Positions 39,523 through 49,895 of a DNA stretch of 64,000 nucleotides are shown here, in pieces. The position numbers and the translations under genes are program-made. How positions within the stretch are numbered: the first letter of the stretch is position 1; every line of letters begins with the position of its first letter. The stretch comes from an uncultured Lysobacteraceae bacterium (GTDB lineage Bacteria > Pseudomonadota > Gammaproteobacteria > Xanthomonadales > Xanthomonadaceae), in the NCBI GenBank assembly GCA_936911875.1, contig CAKZGB010000008.1, positions 117,359 through 181,358 of the forward strand. Reading direction: 5' to 3'. A model generated the notes under the pieces. It did not search any database. It was not told where the DNA came from and saw only the letters and a list, made by a program, of their open reading frames with translations.

Positions 39523-39800
39523 TGAGCTACAAATCCATCGCGCTGATGGCGCAAGATCAAGACCTTCGCGCACGAATCCGCGCAGCAATCGCAATGGAGG
39601 GCAACTCGACCGCCAACTGGCAGCTAGAGGAGACCTACTGGAAAATGGCCGCCGCTTCGGATTGGGACGATGCCTATGACTATGCGCAGGCAACGAATGT
39701 GGAAAGGCCGGGATGGAACGAATCCGTCATCACTGACCAGATGATCCTGTCGCGCCTGCAAGCCCTGTATCCGCCGTATGTGGCACCGGGAATGCCCTAA
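39522..39800 (+). CDS. hypothetical protein (92 aa)
   Basis: ATGA overlap with the J stop. Acidic, Trp-rich. Confidence 0.35.
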   Translation: MSYKSIALMAQDQDLRARIRAAIAMEGNSTANWQLEETYWKMAAASDWDDAYDYAQATNVERPGWNESVITDQMILSRLQALYPPYVAPGMP

Positions 39801-40166
39801 GCAGGTACGGCCATAGCAGCACACTCAGTCTGCCATACCCACACGACAGGGGAGCGCGATTGCATCAAACTCCCCTCATGGACATTCAAACAATCAAAGC
39901 ACTGCTCGCCACGCTGCGGCAGGCCCTGTACCAATACGACGATCACCTAGCGGCGACCGTACTCCATATCGAGACTCTGCTGGATCAGTTGGAGCCGTAA
40001 CCCCTCGGCTGGCGGGGTCATCCGCCTCAGATCAGCCCGCGAAACTCGATCAGACACTCAAAATAAGGGTAAGGGCGGGTTTCACGGGTGATTTTCGGGC
40101 GGGAATTGAATCTTTGACCGTGTCAGAATATTCTTGATATCGTGTCGATAAACAAGGGGATTCTGG

Positions 40167-41033
40167 GTGCTGGATCAAAAATCAGTCGATGACCTAATCG
40201 ATGCGGATTCAGATCGCGATTTTATAGTTATTAGCGATCGCATTTCCCGCGAACTCCACTATCGACTTAGCAGAGCATTAGAGAAACAATCCTCAAATAG
40301 TCGCTGCACCGTTTTCCTCACAACGTGGGGAGGTGATCCGGATGGAGGCTATCGAATAGCGCGCTGCCTGCGCCACTACTACAAGGATGGCATTCGTCTG
40401 GTAATCCCTAGCTGGTGTAAAAGTGCCGGCACTCTCATCGCTATGGGTGCTGACGAGTTGGCCATAGGAGATCTCGGAGAGTTAGGTCCCGTAGATATTC
40501 AGGTTCTAAAGGGCTCGGAACTGGAGGAGCGTAGTAGCGGTCTTGATATTCAAGAGGCTGTCGCGGTAATCGAGAAAGAAGCAAAGGACATGTTCGTCGC
40601 CGCGTTACATGAGATTAAAGGTATGGGTCTTTCTACCAAACTTTCCGGCGAATTTGCTGCCCAAGTTACTGCTGCGCTAGTCGCACCGATCGCTTCACAG
40701 ATCGACCCGATCCGTCTCGGAGAAATGAACCGCGCTACAAGGATCGCGCATGAATATGGTGCGCGACTCAGCGGTAGATCGGGTAACCTTAAGCCTGGGG
40801 CGATTGCATATCTGATCACAAAATACCCAACTCACAGTTTTGTGATTGATCGCCTTGAAGCCAAAATACTGTTCAATCGAGTCAGCAACATGAACAGCCC
40901 CGAGACGGTTTTCTGTGACAAGAATTGGGGTATCATTGGCGAGCCAAATGATACAGTGCTTGTATTGACGCGGTCTCAGCCCAACATCGCCGCGGTTCCG
41001 ACGCAAGCAGTATCCACTACGACGAGCGCATGA
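40167..41033 (+). CDS. ClpP/SppA-fold (S49/SDH-like) serine protease
   Basis: GTG start after AAGGGGA. TTWGGDPDGG...IPSWCKSAGTLIAMGADELAIGDLGELGPVD resembles the ClpP/SppA Ser region. Low GC. Confidence 0.55.
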   Translation: MLDQKSVDDLIDADSDRDFIVISDRISRELHYRLSRALEKQSSNSRCTVFLTTWGGDPDGGYRIARCLRHYYKDGIRLVIPSWCKSAGTLIAMGADELAIGDLGELGPVDIQVLKGSELEERSSGLDIQEAVAVIEKEAKDMFVAALHEIKGMGLSTKLSGEFAAQVTAALVAPIASQIDPIRLGEMNRATRIAHEYGARLSGRSGNLKPGAIAYLITKYPTHSFVIDRLEAKILFNRVSNMNSPETVFCDKNWGIIGEPNDTVLVLTRSQPNIAAVPTQAVSTTTSA

Positions 41034-41227
41034 CCATGAAAAAAAATAAAAGACTGACGGTCATTGAGTGTAAGAATGTGACCCCTGAACAGTGCCAGGA
41101 TCAACCGTCTTCCTTGGCACAGTTTTCTGGATCGTCTGAAGATAGCTACATTCGAACTGCATTTGAAATGACTGAGCGTATGGAGAATGAATCGGAATTG
41201 ATTGCGGAACAACTTTTATTCCGCTGA
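41030..41227 (+). CDS. small acidic protein (65 aa), translationally coupled to the protease
   Basis: ATGA overlap with the protease stop. A hairpin terminator follows at 41322-41341 (GGCCGGGC agaa GCCCGGCC + T-tract). Confidence 0.4.
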   Translation: MTMKKNKRLTVIECKNVTPEQCQDQPSSLAQFSGSSEDSYIRTAFEMTERMENESELIAEQLLFR

Positions 41228-41699
41228 TCGGTTATTCCGCCGGCTTGGCCTTGGTCAGCGCGTGGTCGTTACAGACTGTCATGACTGGGGATTTTCAATC
41301 CCCTGCGCTACCAACGAGAACGGCCGGGCAGAAGCCCGGCCGTTCCGTTTGGTTTTGCTTAGCAGCGGACCAAGAACCGCCATGCCTCATATCCGTAATC
41401 GTGCGCGTCGAGGACGCGATCCGAATTACGAACACGGCGGTACCGGCAATAAATCCACCGGAATCCGCGCGGCGCAGGGTCATGAATCATCATGACAGTG
41501 CTCCTCGGAGCCAACCAAAGCTGAACAGCTCTGGGTGTGGCCTTACTCAAACTCCCGAACCCTCTGAAAGAGTTACCAATGGCACTTGTGCCGCGGGCCT
41601 CCAGGTCCTATAGTTCGGGTTGCTATCGAAGCAAGGACTCGACGCTGGCTCCTACCACGTCGAATTCATCAAAGCACCACTTTCGCGAGTGGTGCTTTT

Positions 41700-42269
41700 T
41701 TATTTCAATGCGCGCATTAACTCGGCCCTCTTCTTGTTGAAGTTCGTGTGGTAATAGTTTGCAGCTTCGTAGCTCATTCCGTACTGCTCGCTGATTGTGA
41801 TCGCGCAATCTACAACAAGCGCCCGCTCGATCGGGGCAAGTAAGCCCGCAGCGAATGTATTGGCTTGCCACTCAGGATCCTGATACCGCGGAACTGACTC
41901 TGCCGGCATTGCGAGACGGTGGTACCCCTCCCTGCAGTGCATTGCCAAGTGGCCAAACTCGTGCGCTACAGTGAATCTCGATCGACCATCAGAACGTTCA
42001 GCGCCTTCGTACGTCGAGCGACTTAACACAATTCCACTCCCATCAGGCCGCGTAAAGCCTAACGATCCCGCCATCTCATAGTCTTCATACACTTCGAGAT
42101 TAAACACTCTGCCGTCGGGTGAAATTCTGTGTTCGAGCACATCAATCAAATCAATTTGCTGATTGTCCTCGACGTAAGCTCGACGAATGCTCTGCGCCAA
42201 CAAGTAGATTTGCACCGTACTCAACGGCGGAACTACATAATTCGCATTTCCTAAAGCGAAATTGCTCAT
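41700..42269 (-). CDS. ImmA/IrrE-family zinc metallopeptidase (DUF955/COG2856-like)
   Basis: HEXXH motif VAHEFGHLAMH. Directly downstream of an XRE HTH gene. Confidence 0.7.
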   Translation of the reverse strand: MSNFALGNANYVVPPLSTVQIYLLAQSIRRAYVEDNQQIDLIDVLEHRISPDGRVFNLEVYEDYEMAGSLGFTRPDGSGIVLSRSTYEGAERSDGRSRFTVAHEFGHLAMHCREGYHRLAMPAESVPRYQDPEWQANTFAAGLLAPIERALVVDCAITISEQYGMSYEAANYYHTNFNKKRAELMRALK

Positions 42270-42271
42270 TA

Positions 42272-42637
42272 CTACTCCTTTGGCGTTGTTAGTTGATTCA
42301 AAAGTGCGGAAATGTCTGCAGACTCAAGCTGCTCGTATCGGCGTGCAAAGGCAACTGCCAGCTCGCGTGCGCGAGCGTCCGGATTAGTTCGAACAGAAAT
42401 TGAAACCTCTTTTACGGTTTCAATTGCAAGTCGATCGAGCTCTGCCGCTGTAGCATGATCAAGTTGCAGTTGTTCGGTCAACCGCGAGACAAAGTCCGGC
42501 GGCACTGGCTTGCGGCCTGTTTCCAATGCTGAGATGTACGCCACGCTGAGTCCGAGCTTCTTTGCCAGCTCCCCGAGCGTCATCCGATCACGTTCGAAGC
42601 GAACCCTTTTTAGGGCGCTACCAAACTTGTTCAACAT
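42272..42637 (-). CDS. XRE-family HTH transcriptional regulator
   Basis: HTH MTLGELAKKLGLSVAYISALETGRK. Forms an operon with the ImmA-like peptidase. Confidence 0.7.
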   Translation of the reverse strand: MLNKFGSALKRVRFERDRMTLGELAKKLGLSVAYISALETGRKPVPPDFVSRLTEQLQLDHATAAELDRLAIETVKEVSISVRTNPDARARELAVAFARRYEQLESADISALLNQLTTPKE

Positions 42638-42881
42638 GCGTATTCCTCCGTAGGGGATTGATTCAGCCTGCCCCCGTTTCGCCAGGCTGCCAACCGGCTC
42701 AAATGCCGATTTGAACCAATCCTACACCCAATGGGAGAACATTTCAACCAACGGGAAGAAAAGACGAAAACTGGCGTCGAAATTTATCCCGACTTTTATC
42801 CAGCCCGATATTTCTGAACGAAATCGCAAGCCAACAAAAAAGCCTTTCCCAATGATATCAATCACTTAGAAAAGGCTTGAT

Positions 42882-42959
<78 letters not shown>

Positions 42960-43017
42960 TCACTGAAAAGCCCGCACATCGGCGGGCTTGTAATTATAGC
43001 GCAAATTGCCGAATCGG

Positions 43018-43374
43018 TCAGCGGCGCAGCATGTGCAAAACGTCTTCGAGCTCCATGCGGACTTGCTTGATGATCTGTGCGCTCATGGCGGACTCGTCCT
43101 TGCCGGCATCGCCTTCGAGACGCAGGCGGGCACCACCGATGGTGTAGCCCTGCTCGTATAGCAGGCCGCGGATCTGGCGCACCATCAGCACCTCGTGGCG
43201 CTGATAGTAGCGACGGTTGCCGCGACGCTTGACGGGCGACAGCGACGGAAATTCCGTTTCCCAGTAGCGCAGAACGTGCGGTTTGACATCGCACAGTTCC
43301 GAGACCTCACCAATGGTGAAGTAGCGCTTGGCCGGAATCGGTGGCAGTTCTTTATTGCTGCTGGGATCCAACAT
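43018..43374 (-). CDS. MerR-family transcriptional regulator
   Basis: N-terminal MerR HTH ([25 protein letters not shown]). Overlaps the ihfA 3' end by 23 nt. Confidence 0.7.
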   Translation of the reverse strand: MLDPSSNKELPPIPAKRYFTIGEVSELCDVKPHVLRYWETEFPSLSPVKRRGNRRYYQRHEVLMVRQIRGLLYEQGYTIGGARLRLEGDAGKDESAMSAQIIKQVRMELEDVLHMLRR

Positions 43375-43654
43375 AAGCCTCTACGCGCTCCTTGAGTTTC
43401 TGGCCCGGACGGAAGGTGACCACCGTACGTGCAGTAATTGGGATTTCTTCGCCGGTCTTGGGGTTGCGACCGGGACGCTGGCTCTTACGGCGCAGATCGA
43501 AATTGCCGAAACCCGACAGTTTCACCTGGCGTCCGTCTTCGAGCGCAGCGCGCAGCACGTCAAAAAACGCATCGACAAATTCCTTTGCCTCGCGCTTGTT
43601 GAGTCCGACTTCATCGAACAGACGTTCAGCCATTTCGGCCTTGGTCAGTGCCAC
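43352..43654 (-). CDS. ihfA: integration host factor subunit alpha
   Basis: [48 protein letters not shown] start after GGAGG. Confidence 0.9.
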   Translation of the reverse strand: MALTKAEMAERLFDEVGLNKREAKEFVDAFFDVLRAALEDGRQVKLSGFGNFDLRRKSQRPGRNPKTGEEIPITARTVVTFRPGQKLKERVEAYVGSQQQ

Positions 43655-43832
43655 TGTATGCCTCCGCAACTACCTGAGAATTTATCTGCCGTTCAGATTG
43701 AAGACCGGGCAACAATCCTTCAGGGGTTGTTTAGATTGCTTGATTCCTTTTTAAAAATCAAGCATCTACGGGACATTCTCAACCCGAAAAGTGGCGAATG
43801 TGCTGCAAGCGGCCCGCAGCGCAGGGAGTTCT

Positions 43833-44264
43833 TTACTCGAATTCGGGGTCCAGCCGCACCATGGGTCGGGCGAGCCGGTCACCGATCCAGGCCATGGGGA
43901 TGTAGGCGAACAGAAAATCAACCGCCATGAACCAGCCCGGAAACGGAATAGCAGAATAGATATGGATGGCCATCGCAAGAAACAGGAGCGCGACGTTCAT
44001 CGCTGCCATCAGGTGATAGCGCCCTGCGATCTTGGCTGCAGCAAACGCGCCTATCAGCGAGGAAAAGACATCTGCAAGGAACGGAAAGATGAAGTGCTGC
44101 GGCTGCATCAGGTGCACCGATGCACGCACCCCTTCGGTGGTCGTCATGTCGGAGCCGGCGGGTGAGCCGATCAGTACTGTACCGAGCCATTCGAATGTCG
44201 AATTAACAACGCCACCAATAACAAGTCCAACGATTACAGCAAGAATGGCGCGCAGAAACGGCAT
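43833..44264 (-). CDS. hypothetical membrane protein
   Basis: 143 aa with about 4 TM helices. Confidence 0.4.
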   Translation of the reverse strand: MPFLRAILAVIVGLVIGGVVNSTFEWLGTVLIGSPAGSDMTTTEGVRASVHLMQPQHFIFPFLADVFSSLIGAFAAAKIAGRYHLMAAMNVALLFLAMAIHIYSAIPFPGWFMAVDFLFAYIPMAWIGDRLARPMVRLDPEFE

Positions 44265-44381
44265 GCAGACACAGAACGGTTAAGAAGAGTTCTCTACTCT
44301 ACGCCATTCTCGGACTGCATACCTATGTCAAAAGTCCCGCCATGGTGCAACAAACGATCACGCCATAGTGGAATTCGGACT

Positions 44382-46799
44382 TTATGCGCGAATCGACGCG
44401 CCAAGTGTGTCGTGCATCGCATCGACAACAGCAGTCACCACGCCTTCGACATCGGAATCGGTCAGAGTACGCTGCGCATCCTGCAGAATCAGACCAATGG
44501 CCAGACTCTTATGCCCTTCGGCAATGCCCTTGCCTGCGTACTGATCGAACAGTACCAGCTCCTTGAGCAACGGACCCGCGGCCTTCTTCATCGTTTGAGC
44601 GACGACGCCCCACTGCACTGATTGCGGCAGTACAAACGCCAGGTCGCGTCGCACCGAGGGGAACTTGGACAGTGCCTGTACAGACTTACCGACGCGTTGA
44701 GTCAGCGGCGCCAGATCCAGCTCGAAGCCGTAAACCGGCACATCGACACCGAAAGCAGCAGCGAGTTGCGGATGCAGCTGACCGATCCAGCCCACGATCT
44801 CGCCATCGACACGCACCATTGCCGAACGACCCGGATGCGCAAACGTCGGAGCACCGGTTTCGAACGACAAGGTTACGCCGGCCAAGGCAGCGAGCGATTC
44901 CAGATCGCCCTTGATGGCGTAGAAATCAACCGGCGTCGAATTGCCGGCCCATTGCTCGCCTTGCGCAGAACCGACGGCCACAGCGGCGACACGTTGCGTA
45001 TGCACAGGCGCCGAGTCCGAAACGTCAGAAGGCTTAGACGTCAGCCAAGCTTCTTGGCCCGCCGGCGTGAATGCGTTGCCCAGCTCGAACAGGCGAACAC
45101 GCGTTTGCTGACGTGCGAGGTTGCGTGCAGCTGCGCTCAGCAGACCCGGCAGAAGACCCGGACGCATCACCGCCAATTCGGCACTCAACGGATTCGCCAG
45201 TTCAACGCGCAATGCGTCTTCGACTTGCCAGTGCGTCAGATCGGCTGCATCAACAAACGCATAGTTGATCGTTTCACGATAATCGCGCGCAGCCAACTGA
45301 CGACGTACGGAACCTTCCGGCACCACAGATTCACTTGCAGTTTTCAGCGGCGCATCGCCGTTAGGCAAGGTCATCGGCAAAGCATCGTAGCCGTAGATGC
45401 GCGCAATCTCTTCGATCAGATCTTCTTCAATCTCCAGATCGAAGCGACGGGTCGGCGCGGTCACCGACCAGCCTTCGGCAGAAGTCACCGGCTGCAGACC
45501 CAGCGATTCGAGAATCTGTGCCACGCGTTCATCGGGAACTTGCATGCCAAGCAACGAGGCCAGACGATCACGACGCAACGCAATCGTGCGTGCGACAGGC
45601 AACTGATCCGAAAGCGTTACCGCCGTCACCGGACCAGCTTCACCGCCGCCGTTTTCCATGATCAGACGCGTTGCGTATTCGATGGCGGTGCCCGGCAATT
45701 CCGGATCCACGCCGCGTTCAAAGCGGTGCGATGCATCGGTGTGCAGACCGAGCTTACGGGCCTGCCCCATAATCGATGCCGGCGCAAAATGCGCAGCCTC
45801 AAGGAACAGATTGACCGTAGTCTCAATAACCTTGCTTGATTCGCCGCCCATAATGCCGGCCAAGGCGATCGGCGCATCGTTATCGGTAATCACCAGGAAC
45901 GAATCATCGAGCTTATGCTCACGACCGTCGAGCAGCATCAGCGTTTCGCCGGCACGCGACTTGCGCACACCTACTTCGCCTTGCAGACGATCATTGTCGA
46001 AGGCATGCATCGGCTGACCGAGTTCCATCATCACGTAAGCCGTGACATCGACGTACAGATTGATCGGCTTGATACCGCTGCGACGCAGACGTTCCTGCAT
46101 CCAGATCGGCGCTTGCGCATTCGCGCGCACACCGCGAATCACACGACCGACATAATGCGGCGCATCGGCACCCGCCTGCAGATTAATCGCGCGCTGATCT
46201 GTAATCGAAGCGACCACCGGCTTGTCATTCAACGGGCTCACGGCACCACCGGTCGCGGCAGCCACATCGTAAGCAATGCCGCGAATACCGAAACAGTCAG
46301 CGCGGTTCGGCGTCAGTTTGATTTCGATCGAGGCATCAGGCAACGACAGGTAATCACGCAGCGGCGTGCCCACCGGTGCATCGGCAGGCAGTTCCATGAT
46401 GCCGGCAGCGCCGTCATCAATCGCCAGCTCTTTGCCGGAGCACAACATGCCGAACGATTCGACCCCGCGCAGCTTGGCCGGCTTGATCGTAAAATCACCC
46501 GGCAACACGGCACCTACAGTCGCCAATGCGGTTTTCAGACCTGCGCGCGCATTCGGAGCACCGCAGACAATCTGCACAGGCTCTGCGCCACCAAAGGCGA
46601 CGGAGCACACTTGCAGACGATCTGCTTGCGGATGCCGCTCGGCCGACAGAATTTCGGCCACGACCACGCCTTCGAGCGATTCACCTAAGGGCGTTACGTC
46701 TTCGACTTCGAGACCGATCGCCGTCAGCGTGGAAACCAGATCGGCGCGCGTGAGTCCAGAAGGAACCTGATCACGCAACCAGTTTTCAGAAAATTTCAT
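44382..46799 (-). CDS. pheT: phenylalanine--tRNA ligase beta subunit
   Basis: 805 aa; N-terminus MKFSENWLRDQV typical of PheT. Confidence 0.95.
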   Translation of the reverse strand: MKFSENWLRDQVPSGLTRADLVSTLTAIGLEVEDVTPLGESLEGVVVAEILSAERHPQADRLQVCSVAFGGAEPVQIVCGAPNARAGLKTALATVGAVLPGDFTIKPAKLRGVESFGMLCSGKELAIDDGAAGIMELPADAPVGTPLRDYLSLPDASIEIKLTPNRADCFGIRGIAYDVAAATGGAVSPLNDKPVVASITDQRAINLQAGADAPHYVGRVIRGVRANAQAPIWMQERLRRSGIKPINLYVDVTAYVMMELGQPMHAFDNDRLQGEVGVRKSRAGETLMLLDGREHKLDDSFLVITDNDAPIALAGIMGGESSKVIETTVNLFLEAAHFAPASIMGQARKLGLHTDASHRFERGVDPELPGTAIEYATRLIMENGGGEAGPVTAVTLSDQLPVARTIALRRDRLASLLGMQVPDERVAQILESLGLQPVTSAEGWSVTAPTRRFDLEIEEDLIEEIARIYGYDALPMTLPNGDAPLKTASESVVPEGSVRRQLAARDYRETINYAFVDAADLTHWQVEDALRVELANPLSAELAVMRPGLLPGLLSAAARNLARQQTRVRLFELGNAFTPAGQEAWLTSKPSDVSDSAPVHTQRVAAVAVGSAQGEQWAGNSTPVDFYAIKGDLESLAALAGVTLSFETGAPTFAHPGRSAMVRVDGEIVGWIGQLHPQLAAAFGVDVPVYGFELDLAPLTQRVGKSVQALSKFPSVRRDLAFVLPQSVQWGVVAQTMKKAAGPLLKELVLFDQYAGKGIAEGHKSLAIGLILQDAQRTLTDSDVEGVVTAVVDAMHDTLGASIRA

Positions 46800-46811
46800 G
46801 CGGGTCAGACC

Positions 46812-47807
46812 TTATTCGTAGCTTTGCAGGAAGCGCGTGTCGCTCTCAAAGAACTTGCGCAAATCATCAACGCCATAACGCAGCATGGCAAAGCGTTCTA
46901 CACCGAGACCGAATGCGAATCCGCGATATTGCTCGGGATCAAGACCGACGTTGCGCAGTACATTGGGATGCACCATGCCGCAACCGAGTACCTCGAGCCA
47001 CTTGGACGAACCGTCGGGTTGCTTCCAGGCGATATCGACTTCGGCCGACGGCTCCGTGAACGGAAAATACGAAGGCCGGAACCGCATCTCAAAATCTTTC
47101 TCAAAAAAAGCACGCACAAAAGCAGCCAGCGTTCCCTTTAGATCAGCGAACGAGGACTTGTCGTCGATGAGCAGGCCTTCGACCTGATGGAACATAGGCG
47201 TGTGCGTCTGATCGCTATCGCTGCGATACACCTTGCCCGCAGCGATCATGCGCAGAGGCGGCTTGTTTTGCAGCATGTAACGGATCTGCACGCCCGAGGT
47301 ATGGGTACGCAGCAGACGGCCGTCGGGGAAATAGAACGTGTCATGCATGGCACGCGCCGGGTGATGCGGCGGGAAATTCAACGCTTCGAAGTTGTGCCAG
47401 TCGTCTTCGATCTCCGGACCGTCGGCGAGTTCATAACCCATGCGGCCAAAGATGTCGGCAATGCGTTCGAGCGTGCGCGACACCGGATGCATCGAACCCA
47501 AAGTGGGATTCAAACCGGGCAAGGTCACGTCCACGGTCTCAGCAGCGAGCTGTGCCTGCATGCGTTCCGCATCCAGCGTCAGCTTGCGATCGTTCAAGGC
47601 GGTGGAGACCGCATCGCGTGCACGGTTGATGGCCTCACCGGCGGCCTTGCGCTCATCGGCAGGCAACGTGCCTAGCGTCTTGAGCAGACCGGAAATGCTG
47701 CCTTGTTTACCGACCAGCGAGACGCGCAGGGCATCCAGTGATTCGGGGGATTCCGCGGCCGCAATCCGGGCCAGCGCATCTTGTTGAATGGATTCGATCG
47801 TGCTCAT
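46812..47807 (-). CDS. pheS: phenylalanine--tRNA ligase alpha subunit
   Basis: Class II aaRS motifs ([21 protein letters not shown]). Start at MSTIESIQ. Confidence 0.9.
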   Translation of the reverse strand: MSTIESIQQDALARIAAAESPESLDALRVSLVGKQGSISGLLKTLGTLPADERKAAGEAINRARDAVSTALNDRKLTLDAERMQAQLAAETVDVTLPGLNPTLGSMHPVSRTLERIADIFGRMGYELADGPEIEDDWHNFEALNFPPHHPARAMHDTFYFPDGRLLRTHTSGVQIRYMLQNKPPLRMIAAGKVYRSDSDQTHTPMFHQVEGLLIDDKSSFADLKGTLAAFVRAFFEKDFEMRFRPSYFPFTEPSAEVDIAWKQPDGSSKWLEVLGCGMVHPNVLRNVGLDPEQYRGFAFGLGVERFAMLRYGVDDLRKFFESDTRFLQSYE

Positions 47808-47927
47808 GACTGTATTGTCGTTGCCGTGTTCGCAAAAGAAAATGGGGAAGGACTTGCGCCCTTCCCCATTTGAATCGGGTGTCGGCGCGTCACCGCGAAG
47901 GCGGCGCACCGGATACCTGTGCGGGTA

Positions 47928-48281
47928 TTACAGCGCTGCCTTAGCTTTTTCGGCCAGGGCTGCAAAACCGGCGGCATCGTGCACGGCGATATCGGCCAGG
48001 ACCTTACGGTCCAGCGTGATACCGGCCTTGCCCAGACCGTTGATGAAACGGCTGTAGCTCATGCCATTGATGCGGGCAGCCGCATTGATGCGGGTGATCC
48101 ACAGCGAACGGAAGTTGCGCTTCTTTTGCTTACGGCCGATGTAGGCATATTGCAGTGCCTTGGTAACCGCTTGCTTAGCAACGCGGAAGACCTTACGGCG
48201 GCCATTGTAGTAACCCTTGGCTTGGGCCAGGATCTTCTTGTGACGACGTCGTGCTTGGACGCCACGCTTAACTCGTGCCAT
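47928..48281 (-). CDS. rplT: 50S ribosomal protein L20
   Basis: [18 protein letters not shown]... Confidence 0.95.
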   Translation of the reverse strand: MARVKRGVQARRRHKKILAQAKGYYNGRRKVFRVAKQAVTKALQYAYIGRKQKKRNFRSLWITRINAAARINGMSYSRFINGLGKAGITLDRKVLADIAVHDAAGFAALAEKAKAAL

Positions 48282-48302
48282 TGTTGTTCTCCTCTACCTG
48301 GC

Positions 48303-48500
48303 TTATGCGTACGGAAGCATGCGATCGATGCGGCCTGCGTCTTCCGCACGGACGTGATTCGTCTGACGGAGGTTACGCTTACGCTTGGTCGCCTTCTTGG
48401 TGAGGATGTGGCTGCGGTTAGCATGACCGCACTTGTACTTGCCGCTAGCGGTCTTGAAGAATCGCTTGCCGGCCGAACGGCTGGACTTAATCTTGGGCAT
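48303..48500 (-). CDS. rpmI: 50S ribosomal protein L35
   Basis: [23 protein letters not shown]... Confidence 0.9.
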   Translation of the reverse strand: MPKIKSSRSAGKRFFKTASGKYKCGHANRSHILTKKATKRKRNLRQTNHVRAEDAGRIDRMLPYA

Positions 48501-48800
48501 TTTCAAATGTCCTTATGACTGTTGATGACTGACTCAGGCGACGGCGTACTACAGCTACCGTTCTTTCCAATCCTTGCCCGAAGCCGGTGAAAGGCCCCTA
48601 ATCGCGTGCGCGACCAGAGACGGGTCCGTGATCCTGCAGCGGTGATTTGCCACAGGAAGCTGGCCATTATGTCAGGATTCGCCGCCCTCCGCAAGCCAAT
48701 TTGTCACTAAATTCAATCACTTGCACGGCTACTGGCACTATTTTATCCATCTCGAAGGCCAATCGGGCACATCCTTGTCCAATTTTCGGTAGCCAGCACG

Positions 48801-49895
48801 GTGCCACAGCCCCAAAATGGGCCCATGGAGACCCGCATGCAGCTGAGTTTTGACACCATGTACCGCGCCCTGTGCGACAAGGATGCCGCGTACGAGGGCC
48901 TGTTCCTGACGGGCGTCAAGACCACCGGCATTTTCTGCCGCACCACCTGCACGGCCCGCAAACCCAAGCCCGAGAACGTCGAGTTCTTCCCCGATGCCGC
49001 CGCGGCCATGGCCAAGGGCTATCGCGCCTGCAAAGTCTGCCGCCCGCTGGAATACCCCGACGCCACCCCGCCCTACATCCGCAGCCTGCTCGACGAGCTG
49101 GCCGCCGACCCTTCGCTCAAATTACGTGCGCAGGATTTGCGCAACCGCGGCCTGGAGCCCGCCACGGTTACCCGCTGGTTCCGCAAGCACCACGGCACCA
49201 CGTTCGTGGCCTACCAGCGCCTGCAGCGCATCAACTACGCATTCAAACGTCTCGACAAAGGACACGCAGTGACCGATACCGCCCTCGAATCCGGATTTGA
49301 ATCGCTAAGTGGCTTCAACGACTCGTTTAAGGCCGTGTTCGGCACCCCGCCCTCGCGTCGCGGTGAGGTGTCGGTGGTCGACCTGCAACGCATCGAGACC
49401 CGCCTCGGCACCATGATCGCCTGCGCCACCGCCAAGGGCATCTGCCTGCTCGAGTTCAGCGAGCGCAAAATGCTCGAGACCGAGTTCCGCCAGATCAGCC
49501 GTCATTTCGGCGCGGTGATAGCCGTCGGTGAGAACCCGCACATCGCGTTGCTTGAACGCGAGCTCCACTCCTATTTCGAAGGCACTCTGCGCGACTTCAC
49601 CGTCCCCCTGGATCCGGTTGGAACCGAGTTCCAGCGCAAAGTCTGGGACGTGCTGCGTGGCATTCCTTACGGTCAGACTCGCTCGTATGCGGAGCAGGCT
49701 CAGTTGATTGGCCAGCCTACCGCCGTGCGCGCCGTTGCCACCGCCAACGGAATGAACAAGATTGCGATTGTCATTCCGTGCCATCGCGTAATCGGCAAGG
49801 ACGGTAAGCTGGTCGGTTACGCCGGCGGTTTGCATCGCAAGCAGTACCTGCTCGACCTGGAGCGCGGCATCACGCCTCTACTCGCCGATCGTTAA
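48801..49895 (+). CDS. ada: Ada: methylphosphotriester-DNA methyltransferase/AraC regulator fused to O6-methylguanine-DNA methyltransferase
   Basis: Ada Zn-binding domain (FCRTTCTARKP...YRACKVCRP), AraC HTH, and C-terminal MGMT (IPCHRVIGKDG). Confidence 0.8.
   Translation: MPQPQNGPMETRMQLSFDTMYRALCDKDAAYEGLFLTGVKTTGIFCRTTCTARKPKPENVEFFPDAAAAMAKGYRACKVCRPLEYPDATPPYIRSLLDELAADPSLKLRAQDLRNRGLEPATVTRWFRKHHGTTFVAYQRLQRINYAFKRLDKGHAVTDTALESGFESLSGFNDSFKAVFGTPPSRRGEVSVVDLQRIETRLGTMIACATAKGICLLEFSERKMLETEFRQISRHFGAVIAVGENPHIALLERELHSYFEGTLRDFTVPLDPVGTEFQRKVWDVLRGIPYGQTRSYAEQAQLIGQPTAVRAVATANGMNKIAIVIPCHRVIGKDGKLVGYAGGLHRKQYLLDLERGITPLLADR

Noticed and set aside
41245-41613. 122-aa and 97-aa plus-strand ORFs between the protease operon and immA
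   Set aside because: No SD, low-complexity translations, and they lie after the operon terminator. Treated as non-coding or a remnant.
44622-45839. 405-aa ORF antisense to pheT
   Set aside because: pheT on the other strand is unambiguous; the antisense frame is Arg-rich noise.
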